A stretch of DNA of 60,530 nt, the filler included, from Aduncisulcus paluster (Eukaryota): the NCBI GenBank assembly GCA_024181965.1. It is 5 parts of 5 records of this genome, joined end to end, with 100 filler letters (N's around TTAATTAATTAA, not from the genome) between each part and the next. Parts side by side here need not be neighbours in the genome. Positions count along the whole stretch, not along the records: positions 10,464 to 29,934 come from BQXS01010827.1; 4 more parts are not named here. One strand, written 5' to 3'. Below, piece after piece: positions 12,376 through 22,190 of the stretch. The notes under the pieces were generated by a model that saw nothing but the letters and a program-made list of their open reading frames with translations, was not told the origin of the DNA and did not search any database. The first letter of the stretch is position 1. Every line of letters starts with the position of its first letter. The position numbers and the translations under genes were made by a program.

Positions 12376-13638
12376 TCAGAGCATGGGTTCAGAAATGAAT
12401 TTGAAATCGTCCTGGGGGTAAATATTCTGTTGAGCGTAAACAAATCCCATGTGATCATCTCCACCAGAAAATCCCGTAGGAGAGATAGCATCGAATGATA
12501 GATCAGCAGGGGGTCTAACATAGGGTGCAGAAGGAATTGGAGATGGGGCAGGTCCAGCGAGATCAGCAAAACTATCCAGTGGAACTGTTGGAAGAGAAGT
12601 AGGATATGGTTGATTTTGAGTGCTAAATGCCATCGATGAACCACTGGGGAACGCGAATGAAGAGGTAGGCACTTGAGTTTGATCAAATCCTTGAATATAT
12701 GACATTGAATATGAACCAACAGAAGGAGCTGATTTCGCACTCGCCAGGGGTTTGGAGGAAGAAGAAGTAACTTTCACTCTCTTCCTATTCTTTTGTGTCG
12801 AACAACAAAGACAGCAAGAAATAGTGAAGAAAAGGAAAGAAGCAACGAGTAGAACATAGAATAATATGAGATATGTCATGTTGGATGAATTATCAACGTC
12901 TGTCCAATCTTTACATAAAATACTATCATTAAAGAGAAAAGACTCAAACAATACCGCCGATGCGATGTCCCAAGTGTAGCTTTCTGCACTAATAGCAAAG
13001 ATATAGTTATCGTCTGGAAGTTCGCTCAATCCAGAAATTCTCTCTGTCAAATAATCAAGAGATAAAGTATTAGAACCGTAATAACCGGCAAAACTTCCAC
13101 CAACTCCCAAAGGATTAAGGTTAGCAGGATCATAGAGATCAATTCGGTAGTAATCACTGGATGTAAAATCGCCACCGATATCAAATGAGATTGAATCACC
13201 ACCAACAACATTTGGAAAATATAAAACCGTAAGGGAATTCCAGAAGTCAACCATAAAATATCGCGAAAACTCGAAATATATCGTATCAGAGCCATAAGGC
13301 TGAAAATACCAATTAATTTTGATAGATTTTCCATTTTCATAAAGATATGCAAGATCATCAATATCAATATAGTAAGTATAGGTATAATACGAAGGAATAT
13401 AGCCAACATCCTTTCCAAAATATGTCCCATTTAAAATATCTGAGCCGTTACAAATCGAACCTGAAATAGCAACACACCAAAATACCTCTCCATCAGAATA
13501 CGAAGTCACTTGAAATCTCAAAGGAAAGTCGTATTCATACATATATTCTCCAGATGTAAAGTTTGCGGTCACATTGAGATAGGTAGCAAAACAGAACCTA
13601 ATCACCATAAAACTGACTAAAATAAATATAAATCTCAT
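12376..13638 (-). CDS. Type I membrane protein of unknown function (420 aa)
   Basis: N-terminal signal peptide, Tyr/Asp-rich ectodomain with N-x-S/T sites, TM helix YLILFYVLLVASFLFFTIS, CCLCC cluster, basic stop-transfer, Pro/Ser-rich tail. Confidence 0.85.
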   Translation of the reverse strand: MRFIFILVSFMVIRFCFATYLNVTANFTSGEYMYEYDFPLRFQVTSYSDGEVFWCVAISGSICNGSDILNGTYFGKDVGYIPSYYTYTYYIDIDDLAYLYENGKSIKINWYFQPYGSDTIYFEFSRYFMVDFWNSLTVLYFPNVVGGDSISFDIGGDFTSSDYYRIDLYDPANLNPLGVGGSFAGYYGSNTLSLDYLTERISGLSELPDDNYIFAISAESYTWDIASAVLFESFLFNDSILCKDWTDVDNSSNMTYLILFYVLLVASFLFFTISCCLCCSTQKNRKRVKVTSSSSKPLASAKSAPSVGSYSMSYIQGFDQTQVPTSSFAFPSGSSMAFSTQNQPYPTSLPTVPLDSFADLAGPAPSPIPSAPYVRPPADLSFDAISPTGFSGGDDHMGFVYAQQNIYPQDDFKFISEPML

Positions 13639-14029
13639 TTTAATTTTTATATTTTTTAATATGATACTTGTTAAATGTTTAATAAGCGTGCAAAAATAGA
13701 AATAAAATCAGCAAAATCATCTCTATTGAAAAATACTCATTATAGCAGATAATATATTTCTCTCATACATTTGTATTTATTGTTTTGAATTTATGATATC
13801 CGAAAATAATGCCAAACGGTCATTATTGACAATCCGAGAGCAAGAATGAATTCTTCAAGGAATATGTTCATAATAAATGAATTTCTAGACAATTTTATTA
13901 AACAATATTCATGAAGCTCAATGTTTCAATTGAAATCAATTTTCATTTCATATAAACAAGAGCTAAACAAACAGAAGTTGTTTTTGAGTGAATATCTCAG
14001 CGTAATATCAAATACAATTATCAAATTAG

Positions 14030-17000
14030 TTATGAAAATAACTTACTCAGACTTACCAATAATATTGACCCGAAAACCATTGGAATGCTGAAGGCCAGAA
14101 ACACATCAAAATTATTATCCTTTCTTTCCTTTTCAGTATCTTCCGCCTTTAATGCCTTTGAAATGCTCTTATCTGTCATATTTATATCCCTATATGATAT
14201 ACATCCACTCTCCTTGTCATTTACAATCCATGATGGAATCCCAGACTTTATAACAGGTTTAAATTCACCATCAATCTTTTCAACCCATATTTCACCATTA
14301 AACTTGCCTTTCTCTGCCAATGTCCATTTGTTATCAGCATGAACTCTCCAAGTTGTCGCTAAAGTATCTTGAAGAATCCTTTCAATAATAACCTCTTCTT
14401 CTTCTTCTTCCTCTTCTTCTTTCCCTATATTCTTGACTTTTGTTGACTTTTCTTCCTCAGGAGCCCCAAATAGAACAAAATCACACATTCTATCCCCTAA
14501 AGAATCCTTTGATGGTGGAAAAGCACTGTAAATACTCTGAGCGATCTGTACAACAGCTCCAAACGATTCAAGGGTGACTTTACAGTCGAAAAGAGACAAA
14601 TACCGAATCACAGCTGGGTGGAGAGTATTGTCAACTTTCTTACCAGGTTCACGAACACGATGTGATGGAGTAGATGAAGAGAATCCAGGTATGGATGCCC
14701 TAACGTGTCTTGGAATCCACCATAACAGACCTTCACCATCTAGATTCTCTTCCATCCTTTCCTTATCACTGAATGGAACATCGATGCCCTCACTGGACCC
14801 TGTTGAAGTTTTCCCGGAGATATCTGTCCTTGTCTCTCTTTTCTTCATAGAAGAGGTAATCGCATCTACCTCCTTTCCTCGTATGATAACATACTCCTCA
14901 TCCTCCTTGATTCTCTTCATGTGATCATGGAATGAGTCCTCGTAATCGTCACTGAAAGTATCCTCTGCGATAGCATTCATTCCAGTACTGGTATACTCAC
15001 CAACAGAAAGGAAGGCAGGGTCTTGTTTGGGAGGCACTTGAACCTCGGCAGAGGAGGAAGCACTCGAGCTGACGCTGGAGGAAGCACTGGAGACCTGACT
15101 GGAAGATGCACTGGATCCAGGGGGCAGTATTTCCTCCCCATCCGTGGAGATATACAACATAGAAGGCTGCTCTGATGAATAGGATCCGTGTCCTCCAATG
15201 TTGGGAGAAGATGGAATAACTGATACAACATGGGATGAGGACGGAGGCACTACAAAGCCATGTACAGCATCGGGATGGTGGGATGAGATCTCTTTCTTCC
15301 TCTCGGCTTCAATCTCTTTCAAACGAATTAGTTCGGCAGCCTTTTGTTTCTTCTCAGCCCTTTGTCTTTCCTTGAGAAGTTTCTTCTCTCTTTTCTCCTT
15401 TTCTCTCTCAAGACGACGGACAATACTCTTTCTTCTCTGCTCTTCCTCCTCCAGTCCAAGCTCACACCCGACACTTCTGAACTGCTGCAAAACATAATCG
15501 CTGTTGAAGGCATTCACACGACCGACGGGATCTTTTAAGAGACATGTCAAGGCAATGGGATAGAGGTCAGCTTTGGAACGAACTCGACACAGAGAAGGGT
15601 ATCGTAAGTAAACGATAGCGGCACACATATACAAGGGGAAGAAAACATCAGCCGATACAACCACATCAAATACACGGAGAGCAGTGTCAAACCGAAAAGA
15701 GATCTCCTCAGTGACGAGTCTATCAAGTATTTTCCTCTGTTTGTAACTCAAAGGTCTGACATCTGGGGATGACATAGAATCCTCAAAATCATCATCGTAT
15801 TCCTCGAAATCTTCCTTAGTCTTGAATTGCTCCTCTTTCATGTCAAACATCTTGGAGGACTGCTCTTCCTCTTTCACAGGTTCTGCAACATCCTTTGATG
15901 CACACACAGAGGGAGTGGAAGCACGAGATTCTTCCTCTTTCTCTTTCTCTTCCTCTTTCTCTTTTTTTTCATCAACTTCCATGTTCTTTTTGGCTATCCT
16001 GAACAATCCTGAAAAAAACCCAGGTTTCCCTTTGACTTCTTCGGCTTTCTTCTTTGCTTCTTGCTTCTTTTTCTCAGATTTGTACCGAGCAATTTCTTGT
16101 TTCACCTCTTCTTTCTTTCTGATGGCAGTACTGGCCTTGTCTTTCAAGAAGGAAGGAGAGAATGAACACATGTCATGTGAAAACCCTGTAATCAACCATG
16201 AAAGGGCGAATATGTTGCTTGTGATACCGTATTCTACAAGATGATTGGAGAATCCTGGGATTAAATGATTAATAAGATGTCCAACACCATCCATGGCACA
16301 CTCAGCTCCAATAAGATCCTTTTGAGTGTATGCATTGAATGTCCCAGTGATTACATTCTCAAAACAATACAACAAAGCAATGGGAAGCCGTTGATATGAC
16401 TCTTTGCAGGCAATCACGGGATAGAAATACATGGGGGCTGTTTTAGGCAGAGATATCTTCAGATCTGCAAACGATTCGCCATTTATATTCACAATATCAT
16501 ATTCTTCTTGTCCAATTCCATCGATCAAAGACTGGTCTTGATGTCTTATACGCTTCCACTTGATATCAGAGGGAGTGGGAAGAGCAATTCTTATTCTATC
16601 AATTGAATCGTCAATCTTTGATTCATACGAATAAAAAGAAGATATTCTTTCCAATGGAGATACATCAAATTTGGCAAAAGATCCCTTCATAATGAGATCA
16701 GTCATCTTCTTAATCCTTCTTAAGATGGATTCATCACAATCGGCAAGCTGATATAAACGAACAAATTCCTCAAAGTCATAGTCGGAGTCAAACCTAGATC
16801 CAGGTGCATGAGGAATGAAAGAGTGGACAAGCATCATGCACACACTTTCCATTCCTTGACTGTAATAATTCTTGTATAGCAATTTATGAAACACCGAATT
16901 TAAAACGGCCGCAGTGAAAAACCTCCTCCGGCTCATCTCTCTTGATGAAACGAGAGGTCCATACGAGAAACACGACCGCTGTACATCTCTATCAAGCTGA

Positions 17001-17323
17001 GAAGATTCTTCCCACACAATAGCAGGATGAGGGAATTTGTGATGTGAGATATCAACCATTTCTTTTAGAGATTCGATAGGTACCCCCAAAACACGACAAT
17101 ATGCCAGAGGTTTTAAATAGTTTGGAAATCCTTTTTGAACTCCAATTTTCCGAATTAAATCAACAGATTCTTTGCTTGGAGTCTTGAAATGCAAAATAAA
17201 CAACAAATCATGAAAAAAAATATGTGACGGCGGAATTAATAGTGGACATACAGCTAGCAATTGCTTCATAAGAAAAATTACATCCTTTTGAATACATGTA
17301 GTCTTATAAAACCAGAACTTCAT
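14030..17323 (-). CDS. TBC-domain Rab-GAP with C-terminal membrane anchor (TBC1D20/Gyp8-like)
   Basis: QLDRDVQRS (Arg finger), YYSQGM (Gln finger), FALSWLITGFSHD, LRVFD, and a C-terminal hydrophobic helix. Exact start uncertain. Confidence 0.8.
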   Translation of the reverse strand: MKFWFYKTTCIQKDVIFLMKQLLAVCPLLIPPSHIFFHDLLFILHFKTPSKESVDLIRKIGVQKGFPNYLKPLAYCRVLGVPIESLKEMVDISHHKFPHPAIVWEESSQLDRDVQRSCFSYGPLVSSREMSRRRFFTAAVLNSVFHKLLYKNYYSQGMESVCMMLVHSFIPHAPGSRFDSDYDFEEFVRLYQLADCDESILRRIKKMTDLIMKGSFAKFDVSPLERISSFYSYESKIDDSIDRIRIALPTPSDIKWKRIRHQDQSLIDGIGQEEYDIVNINGESFADLKISLPKTAPMYFYPVIACKESYQRLPIALLYCFENVITGTFNAYTQKDLIGAECAMDGVGHLINHLIPGFSNHLVEYGITSNIFALSWLITGFSHDMCSFSPSFLKDKASTAIRKKEEVKQEIARYKSEKKKQEAKKKAEEVKGKPGFFSGLFRIAKKNMEVDEKKEKEEEKEKEEESRASTPSVCASKDVAEPVKEEEQSSKMFDMKEEQFKTKEDFEEYDDDFEDSMSSPDVRPLSYKQRKILDRLVTEEISFRFDTALRVFDVVVSADVFFPLYMCAAIVYLRYPSLCRVRSKADLYPIALTCLLKDPVGRVNAFNSDYVLQQFRSVGCELGLEEEEQRRKSIVRRLEREKEKREKKLLKERQRAEKKQKAAELIRLKEIEAERKKEISSHHPDAVHGFVVPPSSSHVVSVIPSSPNIGGHGSYSSEQPSMLYISTDGEEILPPGSSASSSQVSSASSSVSSSASSSAEVQVPPKQDPAFLSVGEYTSTGMNAIAEDTFSDDYEDSFHDHMKRIKEDEEYVIIRGKEVDAITSSMKKRETRTDISGKTSTGSSEGIDVPFSDKERMEENLDGEGLLWWIPRHVRASIPGFSSSTPSHRVREPGKKVDNTLHPAVIRYLSLFDCKVTLESFGAVVQIAQSIYSAFPPSKDSLGDRMCDFVLFGAPEEEKSTKVKNIGKEEEEEEEEEVIIERILQDTLATTWRVHADNKWTLAEKGKFNGEIWVEKIDGEFKPVIKSGIPSWIVNDKESGCISYRDINMTDKSISKALKAEDTEKERKDNNFDVFLAFSIPMVFGSILLVSLSKLFS

Positions 17324-17518
17324 TGGTAATATTGAATCAAAAAGCGAGTTTTCTTCAAAAATCTGTTTCTGCCCTTCCTAATAAATAATATATGAATCAA
17401 ATAAATATTTTAATATTAATATAATTGAGATGAAGTAATATCGATCTTTACTTCGGAAGGATTCCTCATATTTATTAATTTCTCCCAATTTCACTTTTTC
17501 GACGGCTTCTAGATAAAT

Positions 17519-17873
17519 ATGAGTATAAAATGTATGTTGAATCATTTTTTATATTATCTTTGTGAAATAATGTTCTAATATTGAATCTTTTTAATTGTTA
17601 TTAGCCGAAGACAAAAGAATTATTGATGAGCACTTCGAAAAGCTCAGAATAGCCTTAAATCAAACATCAAAAATTGTCGATTCATATTGTAAACCAAAGT
17701 TACAGCCTATTGGCTTCGTTCAACACGTTAAATATTATTGGAATAAGTTTTTTGGTGATCGTGAATCTTCTTCAATTATCCCCATTGAGGCATTTCAATC
17801 ATATACCGAAAAGAAAAGATCATACGACGATTATATGGCTCTTTGTTGTGAGCATAATCCAACATTTATATAA
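17519..17873 (+). CDS. Small hypothetical protein, two exons (intron 17532-17604)
   Basis: ATG AGT ATA AAA T|gtatgt...ttctaat...ttag|CC GAA joins in frame to ORF 17595-17873. Confidence 0.65.
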
Positions 17874-18037
17874 AGATTTTATTTTACCTTTTTTGCTCTA
17901 AAATAATTAAATTATACCATTTAATAAAATTTACTTTGTAGATCTATTCAAAGTGAAATTATTGGAATATGATTCCCATGCAACGCCTCAACTGGAATAT
18001 AAAAAACTATTGGAAATCATAAAAATCTATTTAGCAA

Positions 18038-18850
18038 TTATTCCTGTTCTAAAACAGCCATTATAACAATTTCTTGTGCTCCAAACGAAACAGTTGCCAC
18101 TTTTACCCTCACAACGTCTTCTTTTCTGATTTCTTTTTCTCCAATCCGAAGTCTATCTCCCTCCTTCACAGCTTGTCCATCTGGAATTTCAACAACACAT
18201 GATATGTTCCCAATACTACAATTAAGTCCTGTAGCACCCTCGATTCGGTCATCTATCTCTCCAACGATTGCATCCAGGACTTCTCCCTTTAGCGGCGAAA
18301 AAACTATAGCTTCATATGTAACATCAAAAGGGGCCCTTCCATCATACCATTCTAATGAGAGTGCTTTTCTTTCTAATATANNNNNNNNNNNNNNNNNNNN
18401 TCTGGAATTTCAACAACACATGATATGTTCCCAATACTACAATTAAGTCCTGTAGCACCCTCGATTCGGTCATCTATCTCTCCAACGATTGCATCCAGGA
18501 CTTCTCCCTTTAGCGGCGAAAAAACTATAGCTTCATATGTAACATCAAAAGGGGCCCTTCCATCATACCATTCTAATGAGAGTGCTTTTCTTTCTAATAT
18601 ATTTGTAACGACAATAATGTATCCATAGGGCTTCCGGACAGATCCTTCAACCATCATCCTCACTTTTGCATCAACAATTGAAATAATTTTTGAATCAAAG
18701 TCCTTGGGCTCGATCATAACCCTTTGAACGATTTTGGTCTTCACATCATTGAAAAAAAATTCATTTTATCATAGAGGATAAATAAAGAAAGGAATAGATA
18801 ATTTTGACCCAATTCCACAAATTAAAAAGATTACATACCTTAAAAAACAT
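18038..18850 (-). CDS. RPB7: RNA polymerase subunit RPB7-like (intron 18739-18838; artefactual duplication inside)
   Basis: Spliced start MFFK|TKIVQRVMIEP, then VEGSV..YGYII and YEAIVFSPLKGEVLDAIV. Continues to ...VLEQE* after removing the 18180-18380 / 18401-18601 duplication. Confidence 0.8.
18180..18601. repeat. Assembly artefact: 201-bp duplication around a 20-N gap
   Basis: 18180-18380 is repeated at 18401-18601. Confidence 0.9.
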
Positions 18851-19076
18851 GAGCAATAATATGTTCTTCGACGAAATCTAGAGGATTTAGACGAAATTCA
18901 AGTTTCGTTTATCTTTAATAATAATCAAAGCATTATCAAGCAATTCAATTTAGTTATTGAATTTCATTAAATATTTTCCCCATCAACATCGGTATAATCG
19001 TCTCATTATCGATGGGAAATTGTCCATCCATAGTAAGCTTTTCTGGAAATCATCACTTGATAATTTAACACACATT

Positions 19077-21503
19077 ATGTCTAAACCAGTTGTTAAACCG
19101 GAATCAAAGCCAGGATACTATGGATATGATCTTGAACACTGTTTGGAATATGTTGAAATTGAAACCCCCACTTCCAAAGAGATTTCAGATGAATTTAAGT
19201 CTGATTATGGTTCAAGATATTCGATAAAAGAATTAACTGAGCTTGAAGTTGCATCTATTCAAGCTAAACGTGCATCTATTCAAGCTGATCCTATTCCCTT
19301 CAGAGCGGATATATTTGCAGATCAATCGGGTCCATTAGATGTTATTGCATGCTCAGAATGTGGTGATTTTGAAGAAGAAGAGCTTCCCGCTTTTCAATTT
19401 TCTGCAATCAGTAGAAAAAAGAAACCTATCATACCATATATGAAAAAAATTAACCAATTGGTCGATCATGTGACTGAAATTGAGCAAAAAACTGCTGTTA
19501 TAAGATCAACTTATCTCAGAAAGCGTTGGATATGGAGATACGATATTCTTCCCCTTTTTGAGAATTCTGACTCAAGAATGGCATACGAACAAGCAGCTAT
19601 TGTGGAATATGGCCTTGGTGTTGATGAATACGGACTTCCAGGCTTCCTATATTCATGTCACAATGCCAAGTCCCCAGACTGTGAGATCTCATCCATGTGT
19701 ACGTGTAAAGAAGCAGAGAAAGTCGAAACTTATCCGATATATTCGACTGAGTTTTCTCCATGTTCTAGTTCTCACTGTCCTTTCTGTCTTACACAAACCG
19801 CCAGAACTATCTTGAGTGAAATTGCTTCAGATCTTGAAGATTCTTCTTCTGGATCGGTTTCCAAGCAACTTACATCTGCAATTGATTTTTCCGAGGCTCC
19901 TTTTGAACCTGCTTCGTGTTTGCCCCCTTCTTCTGTTTTGTTCCCTCCCACTATCCCTTCCTCCACTTTAGATGCTCTTCTTCCTCTCCTCTCGAGGTTA
20001 TCTGTTGCCTTGCTTGCCCTAAGTCACTATTGTGATGAGACCATGGACCATGTGAACTCTGTTTCTCTGGGTCATGTCCATGTGCATATTCATGGCTTCA
20101 CTGAGGGTGCTGATATGCTGTACAAGGCCCAACGAATGAAAGGGAGGAATGTAAAAGTCAGTGTTCCGACCATGTGTCCGGCTGTTTCCAAGAGTGTGTC
20201 TGGTCTCTCTTCCCCTCCAATCCTAACACCAACTATATCCCCGTCTCCATCCTTCAGACGTCATTCACATGCTTGTGCCAGTCCTTCCCAGTCCACTTCA
20301 TCGTCTCTCAGTGTCGGGTATGACGCTGCCGATATTCGTCGGAACTCAGATTCTCTTTGTAGTGGAAGTGAAGCAAAGGAAGGATATAGTTCGTCGGAGG
20401 ATGAAAAGGAAGGTGATGAAAGTATTGAACGAAGATCCCCTCATCAAAAGATTCCTGTCGGAAGAAGCTCAACTCGCGTTACTCGTTCTCTTACTCTTTC
20501 TGAAGCTTCTCCAAGCAAATCTGCTCACACGAAGGCCGCCCTCGAGTATGTATGCTCCTCTTCTTCATCCTTGCTGAAGAAGTTGAAGGAAGCATATCGA
20601 AAGGGTGTTCCAAAGGATATGCGTCGTCGTGTGTGGCCGCTCGCTGTTGGTAACCGTTTACATATTACTTCTGATTTGTATGAGATTCACAAGAAGCGAG
20701 CAACTGAAGCTTGTAAATTGTTTGATGCTTGGGAAAAGGGCGTAGATGGCACTTCCTCATCCTCCTCTTCTTCCTCCTCTGCCAGCAAACTATCCTCTGC
20801 CTCCACATTCTTTGGACGGGAGTCGACAGTTCAACTCATTGCTGCTGATGTTGCCAGGACTTTCCCTCGTCTCTCTGTCTTCCGTAAAGGTGGCTCTTTG
20901 CATCTTCAATTGATTGAACTTTTGAGCACCTATTGTATTTATCGTCCGGACATTGGTTATCTCCAAGGAATGTCCTTCATTGCTGCGATGCTGCTCCTTT
21001 TCCTAGACCAAGCCAATGCTTTCTTTGTGTTTTGTAACCTTATCAACCTTCGGCTCGTCTTTTCCTTTTGCCGTCTTGATGAACATAGAATGAATACTTA
21101 CATTGCCCTATTTAAGAAATATTTCAAGATTACCCTCCCCGAGTTGTACAATCACTTGATTGTAAAACTTGACATAGACTGCAGAATGTTCCTGACAGAT
21201 TGGATTCTGAGTCTGTTTGTTCATGCTTTGCCTCTCTCAATATGCACCAGGCTATGGGATTGTCTCGTGTTTGAGGGCGAGCTGTTCATTTTGAGGGCTT
21301 GTTTGGGTATTCTAAAGGTTTTGGAGTCAAAATTAATGAATCTGGACTTTGATGATGTGACTCGACTCTTGAACAAATTACCAAGAGATGAAAGCAAACT
21401 TGGTTTCACGGCCGATGAACTCTCATTCTGCATTTATTCTCTGCCAAAATTTCACAAGAGTATCAAAAGGCAACTTGAAAGAGATTTGACAAAGGTTGAT
21501 TAG
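19077..21503 (+). CDS. TBC-domain Rab-GAP (TBC1D12/14-like)
   Basis: GVPKDMRRRVWPLAVGNRLHIT, IAADVARTFP, YRPDIGYLQGMSFIAAMLLL, RLWD. First in-frame ATG at 19077. Confidence 0.9.
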   Translation: MSKPVVKPESKPGYYGYDLEHCLEYVEIETPTSKEISDEFKSDYGSRYSIKELTELEVASIQAKRASIQADPIPFRADIFADQSGPLDVIACSECGDFEEEELPAFQFSAISRKKKPIIPYMKKINQLVDHVTEIEQKTAVIRSTYLRKRWIWRYDILPLFENSDSRMAYEQAAIVEYGLGVDEYGLPGFLYSCHNAKSPDCEISSMCTCKEAEKVETYPIYSTEFSPCSSSHCPFCLTQTARTILSEIASDLEDSSSGSVSKQLTSAIDFSEAPFEPASCLPPSSVLFPPTIPSSTLDALLPLLSRLSVALLALSHYCDETMDHVNSVSLGHVHVHIHGFTEGADMLYKAQRMKGRNVKVSVPTMCPAVSKSVSGLSSPPILTPTISPSPSFRRHSHACASPSQSTSSSLSVGYDAADIRRNSDSLCSGSEAKEGYSSSEDEKEGDESIERRSPHQKIPVGRSSTRVTRSLTLSEASPSKSAHTKAALEYVCSSSSSLLKKLKEAYRKGVPKDMRRRVWPLAVGNRLHITSDLYEIHKKRATEACKLFDAWEKGVDGTSSSSSSSSSASKLSSASTFFGRESTVQLIAADVARTFPRLSVFRKGGSLHLQLIELLSTYCIYRPDIGYLQGMSFIAAMLLLFLDQANAFFVFCNLINLRLVFSFCRLDEHRMNTYIALFKKYFKITLPELYNHLIVKLDIDCRMFLTDWILSLFVHALPLSICTRLWDCLVFEGELFILRACLGILKVLESKLMNLDFDDVTRLLNKLPRDESKLGFTADELSFCIYSLPKFHKSIKRQLERDLTKVD

Positions 21504-21828
21504 GCGTTGTTTCTTTATTTTTGTTATATAATATAACTTATATTAAATATAATGTTATTTTTCTTGCGATGATTATAATTTTCCTGTTTTGAAAAATTGG
21601 AACTGAAAAATTCAATCTTACCATGTTAATTACATGTTATAGTGTTTTGTTATTTTTTGTCAAATTATTTGACTCAAATATACATCAATATGGTGGCTTG
21701 GATGTCTTTTTATGTGAATAAAATGGATGTTGGTTCCGCCTAGATTTGATTAATAATGATGAAATCTATCTTGATCAAATTTTTCGAATTTAGATATTAA
21801 GATATATAATTTGATAAAAAGTTATCAG

Positions 21829-21899
21829 GCGCCGATAGTCTAGGGGTATGATACTTCCCTGCCACGGAAGAGGCCCGGGTTCAAATCCCGGTCGGCGCA
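21829..21899 (+). tRNA. tRNA-Gly(GCC)
   Basis: Acceptor GCGCCGA/TCGGCGC, anticodon arm CTTCC-CTGCCAC-GGAAG, T arm CCGGG-TTCAAAT-CCCGG, T5 run at 21902-21906. Confidence 0.96.
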
Positions 21900-21916
21900 A
21901 ATTTTTGTTTGTTTCT

Positions 21917-22060
21917 GCTATGACAACTGTGGCGAATGCTAGCTCTTGGAGCTTGCGAGCCTTCCATAACTCGCATACGAGGCTTATACGAGGTCATTGG
22001 AGACCTGAAATAATAAATTGTAACACAGAAGACTCTTCGGAGGTTGGCTGAATCACAACT
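21917..22060 (+). ncRNA. Candidate structured RNA of unknown class
   Basis: GC-richer island with consecutive hairpins, including one capped by C-TTCG-G. Folded by eye only. Confidence 0.4.
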
Positions 22061-22190
22061 AATTCTTTGAATTTTGATATTTTATCGCTATTTTTAATGG
22101 TTTCTCAGACTATTCTTTACATTTCATGGATTTAATTCGAAAAATATTATTAAATAGTCTCGAATCAAAAAATTGGAAAATAACAATTAT

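Noticed and set aside
7363-18601. Three ~200-bp perfect tandem duplications
   Set aside because: Each flanks a 20-N gap, and collapsing it restores the reading frame; unmerged scaffold overlaps.
21900-21945. tRNA-associated HDV-like (theta) ribozyme suggested by TGGCGAATG
   Set aside because: No P1, P3/L3 or P2 partner strands could be built upstream.
21974-21995. U4 snRNA suggested by ACGAGGCTTATACGAGG resembling the U4 kink-turn loop
   Set aside because: Inner stem mismatched, and no U6-pairing TGCT segment following it.
21950-22000. SECIS element on the minus strand (ATGA..stem..AA)
   Set aside because: The 3' GA of the quartet is missing and the visible part of the upstream gene has no in-frame TGA.
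21848-22051. 67-aa ORF
   Set aside because: Overlaps tRNA-Gly; spurious.
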